Shown: positions 11,433 through 23,097 of the stretch, piece after piece
Layout: every line of letters begins with the position of its first letter
Numbering within the stretch: the stretch's first letter is position 1
Origin: Phyllobates terribilis
Taxonomy: Eukaryota
Reading direction: 5' to 3'
Assembly (NCBI RefSeq): GCF_046119375.1
Contig: NW_027362771.1
Coordinates: 590,364,001 to 590,428,000, forward strand
Length of the DNA: 64,000 nucleotides
Notes under the pieces: generated by a model
What the model was told of the DNA's origin: nothing
Database searches by the model: none
What the model saw: only the letters and a program-made list of their open reading frames with translations
Translations under genes and position numbers: made by a program

Positions 11433-14400
11433 GGAACAATGAGGTGGAATAAGATTCTACAGGTGAACAACTGGCTACGTCGATGGTGCCGTCAACAAGG
11501 ATTTGGATTTCTGGATCACGGAATGAATTACCTATACGATGGACTACTTGCTAGAGATGGGGTGCACCTTACGAAGACTGGAAAACATGTATTTGGAAGT
11601 CGCCTTGCCACACTCATCAGAAGAGCTTTAAACTAGAACAATGTGGGAAGGGAAGCAAAAGGCCAGAAAAAGCCATACAGCTGACAAATACTATTGAGAT
11701 CTCTGCTACTGGAAGTGGAAAGGAAGAACAAAGACAAAACAATTTAAATAATAAAAATATGGGAGGAAGAGAAACCAATCACAAACTAAAATGTTTTTAT
11801 ACAAATGCACAAAGCATGGGCAACAAACAAGGAGAATTGGAACTACTAACGCAGGAAAGGGAATATGATGTTATTGGAATCACTGAAACTTGGTGGGACG
11901 ATACACATGATTGGAATAAAAGGCTAAAAGGATACAACTTATTTGCAAGAAACAGACTTGATAAACGAGGAGGAGGTGTTGCATTGTATGTTAGAAAAGC
12001 GTATATCTGCACAGAGATTGAAGCTTCAGAGACTGGGAGTTCTGTGGAAACTGTTTGGGTAAGAATACAAGGAGAGAACAACGGAAAGGACACCATTGTA
12101 GGCATTTACTACAGGCCACCTGGGCAAGCTGAAGATATGGATGAACTCTTTATGTATCAAATGACCAAGTTCTCCAAAAAATATGACGTAGTGGTCATGG
12201 GAGATTTCAACTATCCAGACATTTGTTGGGAATCTCTCTCAAGTAAAACTAACAGGTCAAGCAAATTCTTATCCTCTCTTGCTGACAACTTTATCTTCCA
12301 AAAGGTAGGGGAGAAAACAAGGGGATCTGCTACTTTGGATCTAATCCTTATAAACAGGGAGGAAATGGTTGAGGAGGTAAAGGTGGCTGGGACCCTAGGA
12401 GGCAGCGATCATGCTATTATAGAATTTTGGATAACTAGAGGAGGAAGACATGTGAAGACTCAAACTTCAAGGTTAGATTTTAGAAAGGCAGATTTTAAGA
12501 GACTCAGAAAGAGAATAGGAGGGATCCAATGGCTGGATGTCCTTAAGGACAAAAATGTCCAGGAAGGATGGGAAATTTTTAAAAATGAGATTCTCAAAGC
12601 ACAATCGTTAACAATCCCAAAAAGTAGGAAGAATGGGAAGCATTTAAGGAAACCAGGATGGATGAACACAGAACTTAAACACATGCTAAAAAGAAAGAAA
12701 GAAATGTTTATTAAATGGAAAGAGGGAGGCATATCTAAAGAAGATTATAATGCAGTCTGCAGATCCTGCAGGGCACGTATCAGGTTAGCTAAAGCTGACA
12801 ATGAATTAAGGCTTGCAAGAGATGTCAAAAGCAATAAAAAAGGATTTTGGGGGTATGTCAAAAGTAAAAGAAAAGTCAAAGATGCTATAGGATTTTTACA
12901 GGATGAAAATGGAGAAATGGTAAGAGAGGATGTTGAGAAGGCCGAACTTTTTAATTCCTATTTTGCATCTGTTTTCTCTCAGAAAGAAAATGTAACATCA
13001 ACTGATCTTCACTGTCCTTTTAAAGGAATAGAGGAATCCAAGTTATCAGTAAACAGAAAGATTGTGAGGGAATATTTAGCTAACATAAATGAGTTCAAGT
13101 CTCCAGGTCCAGATGAATTACACCCCAGAGTACTGAAGGAGATTGTAGAAGAAATTTTAGAACCACTCTCCATAATCTTTGAAAATTCTTGGAGAACAGG
13201 AGAAGTCCCAGAAGACTGGAGAAGAGCAAATGTTGTTCCTATCTTCAAAAAGGGGAAGAAGGTGGACCCAGGGAACTATAGGCCGGTGAGTCTGACTTCT
13301 ATACCAGGAAAGATCTTTGAACAAATTATTAAACAACATGTATGTAAGTACATGGATAAGAATGAAGTGATTAACCAGAGTCAGCATGGGTTTGTAACTA
13401 ACAGGTCATGTCAGACTAACTTAATTTCCTTCTATGACAGAATCACTGACTGGGTGGATCAGGGAAATGCTGTAGATATAGTATATCTTGACTTCAGCAA
13501 AGCATTTGACAAAGTATCTCACATCATCCTTATTGAAAAAATGACCAAGTATGCAATGGACCAGGCAACTGTTAGGTGGATTCATAACTGGCTTAGTGAT
13601 CGGACTCAAAGGGTGGTTGTAAATGGCTTCACATCCAGCTGGATGAATGTCTCAAGTGGGGTACCACAGGGCTCCGTCCTGGGACCTGTATTGTTCAACA
13701 TCTTTATCAATGATTTAGATGAAGGAATTGAGGGTAAACTGATTAAATTTGCTGATGACACAAAGCTAGGAGGGATAGCTAATACTAGAGAAGAGAGAGA
13801 GAGGATTCAAAAAGACCTAAATAAACTGGAGCAGTGGGCAGCAACCAACAGAATGGTTTTTAACAGGGAAAAATGCAAAGTACTACATCTGGGCAATAAA
13901 AATGAAAAAAGCATATACAGAATGGGAGGAATAGCGCTAAGCAACAGTACATGTGAAAAAGACTTAGGTATACTAATAGATCATAGACTGAACATGAGTC
14001 AACAGTGTGATGCAGCAGCAAAAAAGGCAAATACAATTCTGGGATGTATTAACAGAAGCATACAGTCTAGATCACGTGAAGTCATTATCGGTCTTTACTC
14101 CTCTTTGGTCAGACCTCATCTGGAATACTGTGTACAGTTTTGGGCACCACATTTTAAAAAAGACATAGACAAACTGGAGCAAGTTCAGAGAAGAGCGACC
14201 AGAATGGTGACTGGTCTGCAAACCATGTCCTATGAGGAACGGTTGCAGGATTTGGGAATGTTTAGCTTGCAAAAAAGAAGACTGAGAGGAGACTTAATAG
14301 CTGTCTACAAATATGTCAAGGGCTGTCACATTGTAGAAGGATCATCTTTATTCTCATTTGCACAAGGAAAGACTAGAAGCAATGGGATGAAACTAAATGG

Positions 14401-14630
14401 GAGGAGACACAGATTAGATATTAGAAAAAACTTTTTGACAGTTAGGGTGATTAATGAGTGGAACAGGCTGCCACGAGAGGTGGTGAGTTCCCCTTCAATG
14501 GACGTCTTCAAACAGAGGCTGGACAGACATCTGTCTGAGATGATCTAGTGAATCCTGCTTTGAGCAGGGGGTTGGACCAGATGACCCAGGAGGTCCCTTC
14601 CAACTCTACCATTCTATGATTCTATGATTC
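11432..14630 (+). mobile_element. 5'-truncated CR1 LINE (copy 1)
   Basis: Starts inside the ORF1 esterase C-terminus; full ORF2; 3' tail of ATTCTATG repeats; probable TSD GCCACT(G) at 11427 and 14634. Confidence 0.96.
11759..14548 (+). CDS. CR1 ORF2, AP-endonuclease plus reverse transcriptase, 929 aa, uninterrupted
   Basis: EN motifs YTNAQS, GITETWW, GDFN, SDH; RT motifs GVPQGSVLGP and FADD. Confidence 0.97.
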   Translation: MGGRETNHKLKCFYTNAQSMGNKQGELELLTQEREYDVIGITETWWDDTHDWNKRLKGYNLFARNRLDKRGGGVALYVRKAYICTEIEASETGSSVETVWVRIQGENNGKDTIVGIYYRPPGQAEDMDELFMYQMTKFSKKYDVVVMGDFNYPDICWESLSSKTNRSSKFLSSLADNFIFQKVGEKTRGSATLDLILINREEMVEEVKVAGTLGGSDHAIIEFWITRGGRHVKTQTSRLDFRKADFKRLRKRIGGIQWLDVLKDKNVQEGWEIFKNEILKAQSLTIPKSRKNGKHLRKPGWMNTELKHMLKRKKEMFIKWKEGGISKEDYNAVCRSCRARIRLAKADNELRLARDVKSNKKGFWGYVKSKRKVKDAIGFLQDENGEMVREDVEKAELFNSYFASVFSQKENVTSTDLHCPFKGIEESKLSVNRKIVREYLANINEFKSPGPDELHPRVLKEIVEEILEPLSIIFENSWRTGEVPEDWRRANVVPIFKKGKKVDPGNYRPVSLTSIPGKIFEQIIKQHVCKYMDKNEVINQSQHGFVTNRSCQTNLISFYDRITDWVDQGNAVDIVYLDFSKAFDKVSHIILIEKMTKYAMDQATVRWIHNWLSDRTQRVVVNGFTSSWMNVSSGVPQGSVLGPVLFNIFINDLDEGIEGKLIKFADDTKLGGIANTREERERIQKDLNKLEQWAATNRMVFNREKCKVLHLGNKNEKSIYRMGGIALSNSTCEKDLGILIDHRLNMSQQCDAAAKKANTILGCINRSIQSRSREVIIGLYSSLVRPHLEYCVQFWAPHFKKDIDKLEQVQRRATRMVTGLQTMSYEERLQDLGMFSLQKRRLRGDLIAVYKYVKGCHIVEGSSLFSFAQGKTRSNGMKLNGRRHRLDIRKNFLTVRVINEWNRLPREVVSSPSMDVFKQRLDRHLSEMI

Positions 14631-14639
14631 ACTGCCACT

Positions 14640-15326
14640 GTAGGAGACCTGCTATGCCTCCCGACTCCCGATCCGGGGAACCCTGCGCTTACCTGGGTGA
14701 ACACCTGCCCCAACCCGGACTGGGCTACACCAATAGAGAGCACGCAGCAAACCCCGTTACAGCCACTACCCGCGCCACCGGTCGCTTGCCCGGCGGCAGA
14801 AGAGTTTGCCTGGGATAACCGGGGAGGCGACATGATGGGCTTCCCCTGGGAAACCAAGACCGAAGCACGGAGGTGGGAGGAGACTTGTCGCAAAGAACTC
14901 CTCCAGTTCGAGAAAGAGCGGCGGGAGAAGCGGGTCCGCTGTGAGCGTCTGGAGGTGCGCGCCAAGGCTGCCAAGTTACAGGCCTGTCAGGCGGAGGCCA
15001 CCCGTCCAAGCCCCCGGGAAGAAGGCATTATTGTGCGCTTCCACCAGGTGGCAGGATGGGGCTTTATCCGCAGCCCACAGTTTAACCGGGACGTGTTCGT
15101 CAACTGGCGGGACGTCGACCCGCGGCTGGAGCAGGGCCACCCTGGCCGGAACCTCTATCCGGGCGATCTGGTATCTTACACCCGCCACCACGGGGAGCGT
15201 GGGTGGTATGCCCTGGATGTCCACAGGGTGTTCAAGGAGGATGCCCCCACTCACCTACCTATAGAGGACCGATCAGGTTCCATCGGGAAAGATGAGCCAT
15301 TTCCCCGGTGGGGATTCCACTTTTGA
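14640..15326 (+). CDS. C-terminal part of the LTR element ORF: Pro-rich linker, charged helix, cold-shock (OB-fold) domain at about 15021-15230
   Basis: EGIIVRFHQVAGWGFIRSPQFNRDVFVNWRDV..LYPGDLVSYTRHHGERGWYALDV fits the CSD pattern (RNP1 WGFI, RNP2 DVFV, L..GD.V.Y, G..A..V). Confidence 0.8.
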   Translation, partial: VGDLLCLPTPDPGNPALTWVNTCPNPDWATPIESTQQTPLQPLPAPPVACPAAEEFAWDNRGGDMMGFPWETKTEARRWEETCRKELLQFEKERREKRVRCERLEVRAKAAKLQACQAEATRPSPREEGIIVRFHQVAGWGFIRSPQFNRDVFVNWRDVDPRLEQGHPGRNLYPGDLVSYTRHHGERGWYALDVHRVFKEDAPTHLPIEDRSGSIGKDEPFPRWGFHF

Positions 15327-15854
15327 GCAGTCCCAGGAGATGCATCTCCCTTTTGTTTGAACAGTTATTTGTTTGGCAAGTTTTGCTTTTCCCGGATTTA
15401 GTTGAAAGAGACATTTGTCCCTTCGGACGCTAAGCAGTAGACAGACTGACTTTGTATATAGTTTGCACTTATTTAGGTGCTCCCTATTGGTTTTATGCAA
15501 AACCATTTCTACCTCAGACCTCAGAAGCAAAACTTGTCTGGTCGTGGCTCTACTGGAGGTCCAACTCGGGATCTCCATGCCCTGCAGCCACCCCAGGGCC
15601 TACGTTGAGGGTTTTGGGCAGGTCCCTCATGCTGCTGAACTGACACTTTTCTACAATGTTTTCTACTGATCTGTCTACATGCATAATGTCTCTTTGATGT
15701 TTTCTATATTTATACTATATATATATATCATGCAACATTAAAAGTATCCAAACCTCCCATTATTGTTTACAAAAACATTTAAAAATTTGAATGTCTGTAC
15801 CTATTCTTTACTCTATTGCAGCCCGCGGACGTGCTGTGTTTCACCGGGGGGGAA

Positions 15855-17027
15855 TGTGGCGCCCCTGAGTGTTCAGTCGCCACAGGGGTACTGCACCTCA
15901 GATAGAGGTGTGGTATCTCCTCAGCCAGGTAAGGATGGAGCATCTCACAGGACCCCACTTCACCACTCAACACTACACCACTCCTGTCCTGTAGGGGGTC
16001 TAAATGCACCAGGGTGCTGCCCCGACCCGGGATAGAGGAGATGGGGGGAACCAAAGATAGGGGGAACCATGTAGTGGGTGAGGGTGGAGGACACACTTTG
16101 AGGAAGCACTTATTGATTCATATTTAATCTACGGCCATCTTGGGTTCAAGGTCTTTTGATTGTGGTCTTCTGTCAGGGTCCAGCAAGAGTCTGCAGCTGG
16201 CTGAAGATTCACGGTCCTCGTACTCTGGCCTCGAGATGAGGATCAGGTCTGAGTTAACCAGTGTCTCTGCCCGGTCAGGGTCCCGTTCTAAGAAGGCCTT
16301 GGAGGGGAGCAGAGGAGATAGGCTCCACAGGCAAAAGGATCCCAGGGGGATACGGACGAAGCGGAGTCGCCACCTGTATTCTTTATTCTGGCCTAGTCAG
16401 AGGGATTCCTGCTGCAAGAGGGGTGACCGGCCCCCAATATCTGACTGTGTACTTCACGTCACTGTTGGAAAGGCCCGGCGGCTTAGTGGATCCCAGGGAG
16501 GGACACAAGCGGGAAGAGAAGGAGATGGAGAAGGAGAGGAACACACTGACGGGGTCTTGACAGGTGCTCCTGATCTGCCTGGGAAGTGCTGAACCCCCTT
16601 CCCTGTGGCCGCAGTACGCCGTGTGTAGCAGAGAGAAGATTTGCGGCTGAAAGTTCATCTTAAGTGAGTAAAACCCTGGATGACTTCATTCACCGCCTCC
16701 GCTTGTTTATTCCTGCGCGGCACTGCACCCACCATACCTCCACACAGTTTCATTAACTAATGCCCTGAGGCCTACTCCGCCTGTGGGGAGTAGCACCAAC
16801 CGAGCGGCCCAAAACGCCAGCCTCAGAGGACTGTTGCAGCGCTGGTGGCCTTCACCAGAAACCGCAGGTGGCGTAGTCGAGCAAACCACTCATCCTAAAA
16901 GAAGCCCATTATTTTCATGTGACAGCCCTGGGCACGGAACGGGTCTAGGCCACGACTGCATCCCCGCGACCCCTACACTGACCCGGCTCCGAGTAACCCC
17001 ATTGTTCAGGGAGGGCGAGGCGTCACA
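15855..17027 (+). repeat. 3' LTR (1173 bp)
   Basis: Preceded by PPT; starts TGTGGCGC, ends CGTCACA, followed by TSD TATA. Confidence 0.92.
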
Positions 17028-17570
17028 TATACAGCCCCCTCCTGCAGTTCTTCACTCCTCAGCCTCTGTATACAGCCCCATTCTGCAGTACATCACTCCT
17101 TAGCCTTTGTATACAGCCCCCTCTTGCAGTACATCACTCCTAAGCCTCTGTATGCAGCCTCCTCTTGCAGTACATCACTCCTAAGCCTCTGTATGCAGCC
17201 CCCTCTTGCAGTACATCACTCCTCAGCCCCAGTATACAGCCCCCTCCTACAGTACATCACTCCTTACCCCCTGTATACAGCCCCCTCCTACAGTCCTTCA
17301 CTCTTCAGTCTCTGTATACAGCCCCCTCCTACAGTATATCACTCCTCAGCCTCTGTATACAGCCCCCTCCTGCAGTACATCACTCCTCAGCCTCTGTATA
17401 CAGCCCCCTCCTGCAGTACATCACTCCTCAGCTTCTGTATACAGCCCCCTCCTGTAGTACATTACTTTTCAGACCCTGTAAATAGGCCCCTCATGTAGTA
17501 CATCACTTCGGAGCCTCCTGTATGCAGCCCCCTCTTGCAGTACATCTCTTCTCAGCCCCTGTATACAGCC
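17028..17570. repeat. 41-bp minisatellite, right part
   Basis: Same unit resumes in register after the LTR element. Confidence 0.93.
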
Positions 17571-17854
17571 CCATCATTCCTCTATGTACCACGCTCGTCT
17601 CCGGCAGGTAGCAGGAGTCATGTCTTTATACATGCGCATCATGCTGCTGAAGAAATGTGTATTATAGATTCTGTTAGAACCACAGATATAAATGTTACAG
17701 CACCACTATAACACCAGGTGGCCACACGCAGTTGCTAGCCTACTAACTGTTTAGGCCGCCCAGCCACCGGGTGCATTAGCAGCGCTGTACCTGGCTTTAA
17801 ATCATCTGTTGCTGCATCAGGATCTGCCCCTCTGCCCAATTTACTTGTTAGAAG

Positions 17855-18124
17855 TAGAGATGAGTGAACGTTTGGGGTTCATACCTGACAGTTACTGTCT
17901 GGTGCTAAACTCTGAACACAAACTTCTACCGGAAGTCCGCTGCAATGTCCGGAGTTCTGAGGGAAGTCAAGAGAGAGAGAAAATTTTCCAGCTCAAAAGT
18001 TTGGGTCCCCATTGTTTTCAATGGGGTTCAAGTTTTGGTACAGTTCTGGTACCCGAACCAAACTTTGGAATAAAGTTTGGGTCGGTTACCAGAACCTGAA
18101 CTTCCACGAGTCCGCTCATCCCTA
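17855..18124. mobile_element. hAT (Ac-like) MITE, 270 bp
   Basis: TIRs TAGAGATGAG..CTCATCCCTA; perfect 8-bp TSD GTTAGAAG (17847-54 and 18125-32). Confidence 0.9.
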
Positions 18125-18691
18125 GTTAGAAGGTTTCCTTGACAATAAGTTGATCAGAAAGTGTTTCCCCTGCTGAGATCCCCTGCGATCAGCTGTGATC
18201 AGTAAGGTGCAGAAATGCTCTACAAAATCTGCAACATCAAAAAAATCACCAATTAGGTAAATGATGTTATTTACATTTTTTTACATGTTTTTATCGTGTT
18301 TTTGATGCTGCGGTTTTACTCTTTCTTTGGTTTGTCATTTTTTTAAATACAGCTGCTTTGTTTTTGATACTTCCTTGTATTTGGCTTTGACAACATTTTA
18401 TTGATGCAGTCCTGTACGGATTACGTGTGTTTTTTACCTGCAGATTTTCTGCATCTAATGCAGTTTTATAGGAGAAATCTGCACATAAAACTCAGTGTAG
18501 AAAAAGCCCAGTGGGCGCGAGATGTCTATAATTCCCATACACTTTGCTGGAACTGTAAGATGCTGCTTTTTTGATACAGCGTCAAAAACTCCTCGTGGGC
18601 GGCACACAGCCACCGCTAGACAATTCAGATGGTTTTTCCAATTATGATTAAGAGCCCAGGGACTCAGTATTGAAACCTGTAACAGTCAATA

Positions 18692-20342
18692 CAGTTATAT
18701 GAAAAAGTTTGGGCACCCCTATTAATCTTAAGCTTAATGTTTTATAAAAATTGGTGTTTTTGCAACAGCTATTTCAGTTTGATATATGTAATAACTGTTG
18801 GACACAGTAATGTTTCTGCCTTGAAATCAGGTTTATTGTACTAACAGAAAATGTGCAATCTGCATTCAAACAAAATTTGACAGGTGCATAAGTATGGGCA
18901 CCCTTATCATTTTCTTGTTTTAAATACTCCTACCTACTTTTTACTGACTTACTAAAGCACTTTTTTTGGTTTTGTAACCTCATTGAGCTTTGAACTGCAT
19001 AGCCAGGTGTATGCAATCATGAGAAAAGCTACTTAAAGTGGCCACTTGCAAGTTGTTCTCCTGTTTGAATCTCCTCTGAAGAGTGGCATCATGGGCTCCT
19101 CAAAACAACTGTCAAATGATCTGAAAACAAAAGATTATTCAACATAGTTGTTCAGGGGAAGGATACAAAAAGCTGTCTCAGAGATTTAACCTGTCAGTTT
19201 CCACTGTGAGGAACATAGTAAGGAAATGGAAGAACACAGGGACAGTTCTTGTTAAGGCCAGAAGTGGCAGGCCAAGAAAAACATCAGAAAGGCAGAGAAG
19301 AAGAATGGTGAGATCAGTCAAGGACAATCCTCAGACCACCTCCAGAGAGCTGCAGCATCAACTTGCTGCAGATGGTGTCTCTGTGCATCGGTCAACTATA
19401 CAATGCACTTTGCACAAGGAGAAGCTGTATGGGAGAGTGATTCAAAAGAAGCCGTTTCTGCAAGCACGCCACAAACAGAGTCGGCTGAGGTATGCAAAAG
19501 CACATTTGGAGAAGCCAATTTCTTTTTCGAAGAAGGTCCTGTGGACTGATGAAACCAAGATTGAGTTGTTTGGTCATACAAAAAGGCGTTATGCATGGCG
19601 GCAAAAAAACACAGCATTCCAAGAAAAACACTTGCTACCCACAGTAAAATTTGGTGGAGGTTCCATCATGCTTTGGGGCTGTGTGGCCAATGCCGGCACC
19701 GGGAATCTTGTTAAAGTTGAGGGACGCGTGGATTCCACTCAGTATCAGCAGATTCTTGACAATAATGTTCAAGAATCAGTGATAAAGTTGAAGTTACGCA
19801 GGGGATGGATCTTTCAGCAAGACAATGATCCAAAACAACGCTTCAAATCTACTCAGGCATTCATGCAGAGGAACAATTACAATGTTCTGGAATGGCCATC
19901 CCAGTCCCCAGACCTGAATATCATTGAACATCTGTGGGATCATTTGAAGAGGGCTGTCCATGCTCGGCGACCATCAAACTTAACTGAACTGGAATTGTTT
20001 TGTAAAGAGGAATGGTCAAAAATACCTTCATCCAGGATCCAGGAACTCATTAAAAGCTACAGGAAGCGACTAGAGGCTGTTATTTTTGCAAAAGGAGGAT
20101 CTACTAAATATTAATGTCACTTTTCTGGTGAGGTGCCCATACTTATGCACCTGTCAAATTTTGTTTGAATGCAGATTGCACATTTTCTGTTAGTACAATA
20201 AACCTCATTTCAAGGCAGAAACATTACTGTGTCCAACAGTTATTACATATATCAAACTGAAATAGCTGTTGCAAAAACACCATTTTTTATAAAACATTAA
20301 GATTAAGATTAATAGGGGTGCCCAAACTTTTTCATATGACTG
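18692..20342 (+). mobile_element. Tc1-family DNA transposon, 1651 bp, long (~210 bp) TIRs
   Basis: TA TSD at both ends; TIR CAGT(T/C)ATATGAAAAAGTTTGGGCACCCC; transposase inside. Confidence 0.96.
19091..20114 (+). pseudogene. Tc1 DD34E transposase with one +1 frameshift near codon 14
   Basis: MGSSKQLSNDLKTK, then an extra A in an A-run, then IIQHSCSGEGYKK; GRPRK, WTDETK, QQDNDPK-x34-E all present. Confidence 0.88.
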
Positions 20343-20472
20343 TATATAATGCTCCAAAGTTGGAGATCACATTAGTGTTTGATAAGAATGATCAATATGG
20401 TGTATGTGCCTTTAATGTTATGTACTGTCGCTATGACTCAACACTTATCATATTAGCTAAGCTAATAAATAG

Positions 20473-20752
20473 TTAAAGGAGTTGTCCACTACTTTCACAT
20501 TGATGCCCAATGTCCCGCACCTGGTACCTCCTCCAATCAGCTGTTATCGGTTCCGGCTACCAGCCGGAAGTCCTTACCTGCGGTGCTTGGCCGTCAAGTT
20601 GTAGTGGCCGCCGCTTGTAACTGCACACCCGCCTCCTATTCAATTGAATGGAAGGCTGATGTGTAGTACCCCGCTGCGGCCACTACAACTTGACGGCCAA
20701 GCACCCCAGGTAAGGACTTGTGGCTGGTAGCCGGAACCGATAACAACTGATG
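20473..20752. mobile_element. Partial palindromic TTAA/AGG-ended (T2/Kolobok-like) MITE
   Basis: TTAAAGGAGTTGTCCA start; ~100-bp inverted arms centred on ATTCAATTGAAT (about 20638-49). Confidence 0.65.
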
Positions 20753-21463
20753 CATTTTTTATGCAAGTTTTCAGCTGCGTTTTACAGTACCAGCAAAGTC
20801 TATGAGATTCCAGAAATCTCATGCACACATCATGGTTATTTTTTTGTTCAGTATTTTGTGCTTTGTAGCTTAGTATGTTTTGTTTTTTTTGGCAAAATAT
20901 AGCATGTCACTTCTTTCAGAGTTTTTTCACCCATAGGAAGTAATAGGTGGTGAAAAAAAACACTGAAAAAAATGCACCAAAAACACAGTTGACTTTTTTT
21001 TCAGCGTTTTTGGTGCCAAAATAGAATGAGATTTTTTTTTTTGCTGCAGATTTTCACACAAAAAAAAATGCAGTGGAAAAAATGCAACGTTTACGCTACG
21101 TGGGAACACGGCCTAAACGTCCTACTTAGGACGCACCTGCACCGGCCTACTAGCACACAACTTTGAAGGGTCACTGGTGCAAAACGTACCAGTCTTCCCA
21201 GGGCGCAGCACGCAGATATGTAAATAGATCCATAAAACTCTATGGGTCTTTGTGCCGTCGGTCGTGTGTGAACGCAGCCTTACCACAGTCCCTTCTCGGT
21301 TTCAGTAGTGCAGACCTGGACGGTAAAACCGGTGAAAATCAATACAGGGCTTGTGGTCCAAAATCAGGACTTTATGGCTGATCTGTACCGGGGGAGGATG
21401 TAAAGAGCAGGACGCTCGGATTGACTTCATCATCTTGATCGATGGTCTCTCTTCTCTTCTCAG

Positions 21464-21602
21464 GCTTCTCACAAGGAGACAATAACTGGAAATATTGTCC
21501 GGACTGTAGAAGATTACTCAAGGATGCCAATATGAATGATCGATTTTATCAAAATCTGGTTGAAAATGCCACATATACAGCCTGTCCCCGAAATATCGCC
21601 AG
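21464..21602 (+). CDS. cxcl16: CXCL16-like chemokine copy A, exon encoding the N-terminal half of the chemokine domain (phase 1 to 2)
   Basis: Acceptor ctctcttctcttctcag, donor AG|gtaaga; FSQGDNNWKYCPDCRRLLKDANMNDRFYQNLVENATYTACPRNIA(R). Confidence 0.8.
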
Positions 21603-21758
21603 GTAAGAGATGTCTATGTATACAGGGGCTCCGTCCTCCAGTAGAAAACCTCGGATGTGATGGCCCATCCTATATATCCTGCCAGTGAGCGGTGGACACC
21701 TCTTGTCTCTGCCTCATCCTTGGTTCTATCTCTCGGTCTTCTCATCACTCTTTTTCAG

Positions 21759-21838
21759 ATTTGTGCTACCAGGAGGAATCTTCTGTGGAAAAAGAGGACA
21801 ATCATGGGTGGAAAATGTCATCAGCTGCATTAACCAGG
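21759..21838 (+). CDS. cxcl16: CXCL16-like copy A, next exon (phase 2 to 1)
   Basis: Acceptor ctttttcag, donor G|gtgaga; (R)FVLPGGIFCGKRGQSWVENVISCINQ resembles recalled human CXCL16 RFQLLSWSVCGGNKDPWVQELMSCLD. Confidence 0.82.
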
Positions 21839-22027
21839 GTGAGATTCCCCATCTGCTGCAGCAATAAGACCATGGATGTAGAGAAGGAAATCATCACCGA
21901 TGGGCAAAGATTGTCCCTGAGGAAGTTCTGTCACCTCCGAGGATATAATCACTTGTCCAATCTAGAACTTTATTACTTTCAGTTGTGACTATACAATAAT
22001 GAGAAATACAGAATAGATAATAGGTAG

Positions 22028-22611
22028 TGTAAGGAGGCGGTGTTCACACTGTGCAGTAACTGAGGCAGTGACCCAAGCAAGTCCAACATATGCAGCTTTT
22101 ATTCAGCAGACTCACGGGTAAACAGAAAAGTCCTCGAGTTCGCAGCCCTGTTAACACAAGTCCATAACAACGGTTGCCGTGGGCAATGGCCGCGCCAGGC
22201 CGCTCAGAGCCTGACAGGTGCAGAGCCTTCCCAGGCGGGGGTTCAGCTACTCACAGATCCGCAAAGCTTCCTGCTATGCTCCTAGCAGGTCCCAACACTG
22301 AACAACACTAATCCTTAGTGCAGGGTTTTTAAAGGACCTGTGGCAAGAGCCACTGAAAAACCCGGGTTGGAGGAAGGAGGCCGCCCCACTGCCTTCCTGT
22401 AGCCTCCTCCAAGAAATGAAGGCCCTGCCGGGTTTTACTTAATCTGCCTTAGCCAGATAGCCTGACCAGGTCAATGCACACCTTCATTCCTGCATCACAG
22501 CCGCAGCTGTGTCTGTGACTACAATGCACTCCAATGGATTTAATAGGTCTCTGTACACATTCTGGGGGATATATAACGTCCCTCGTATACGATCCCAGTC
22601 ACTGCCTCACA
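22028..22611 (-). mobile_element. Solo LTR-like element (584 bp) in the intron of copy A
   Basis: TG..CA ends, AATAAA on the minus strand, near-TSD GTAG/ATAG. Confidence 0.6.
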
Positions 22612-22689
22612 ATAGATAATAGATGATAGATAATAGATGATAGATAATAGATGGATAATAGATAATAGATAGATAATAGATAGGTGATA
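22612..22689. repeat. GATA-type compound microsatellite abutting the gap
   Basis: atagataatagatgatagata.. read directly. Confidence 0.9.
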
Positions 22690-23078
22690 NNNNNNNNNNN
22701 NNNNNNNNNNNNNNNNNNNNNNNNNNNNNNNNNNNNNNNNNNNNNNNNNNNNNNNNNNNNNNNNNNNNNNNNNNNNNNNNNNNNNNNNNNNNNNNNNNNN
22801 NNNNNNNNNNNNNNNNNNNNNNNNNNNNNNNNNNNNNNNNNNNNNNNNNNNNNNNNNNNNNNNNNNNNNNNNNNNNNNNNNNNNNNNNNNNNNNNNNNNN
22901 NNNNNNNNNNNNNNNNNNNNNNNNNNNNNNNNNNNNNNNNNNNNNNNNNNNNNNNNNNNNNNNNNNNNNNNNNNNNNNNNNNNNNNNNNNNNNNNNNNNN
23001 NNNNNNNNNNNNNNNNNNNNNNNNNNNNNNNNNNNNNNNNNNNNNNNNNNNNNNNNNNNNNNNNNNNNNNNNNNNNNN
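22690..23078. other. Assembly gap (389 N)
   Basis: Run of N. Confidence 0.99.
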
Positions 23079-23097
23079 CTTGGTCTCCTCTTTGCAG

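Larger units (their letters stand above)
9593..17027 (+). mobile_element. Non-autonomous (pol-less) LTR retroelement with tRNA-Ser PBS, containing a nested CR1
   Basis: TG..CA ends; 4-bp TSD TATA (9589-92 and 17028-31); two related LTRs; PBS after the 5' LTR; PPT ggggggggaa just before 15855; no RT, RNaseH or IN motifs outside the CR1. Confidence 0.92.

Noticed and set aside
11797-14511. Minus-strand ORFs inside CR1 (also 45238-47952)
   Set aside because: Antisense shadows of ORF2 with no independent motifs.
21464-21602. Saposin/NK-lysin or thioredoxin reading of the CxxC motif
   Set aside because: Downstream RF..CG..WV..C pattern, exon phases and mucin stalk fit a CXCL16-type chemokine better.
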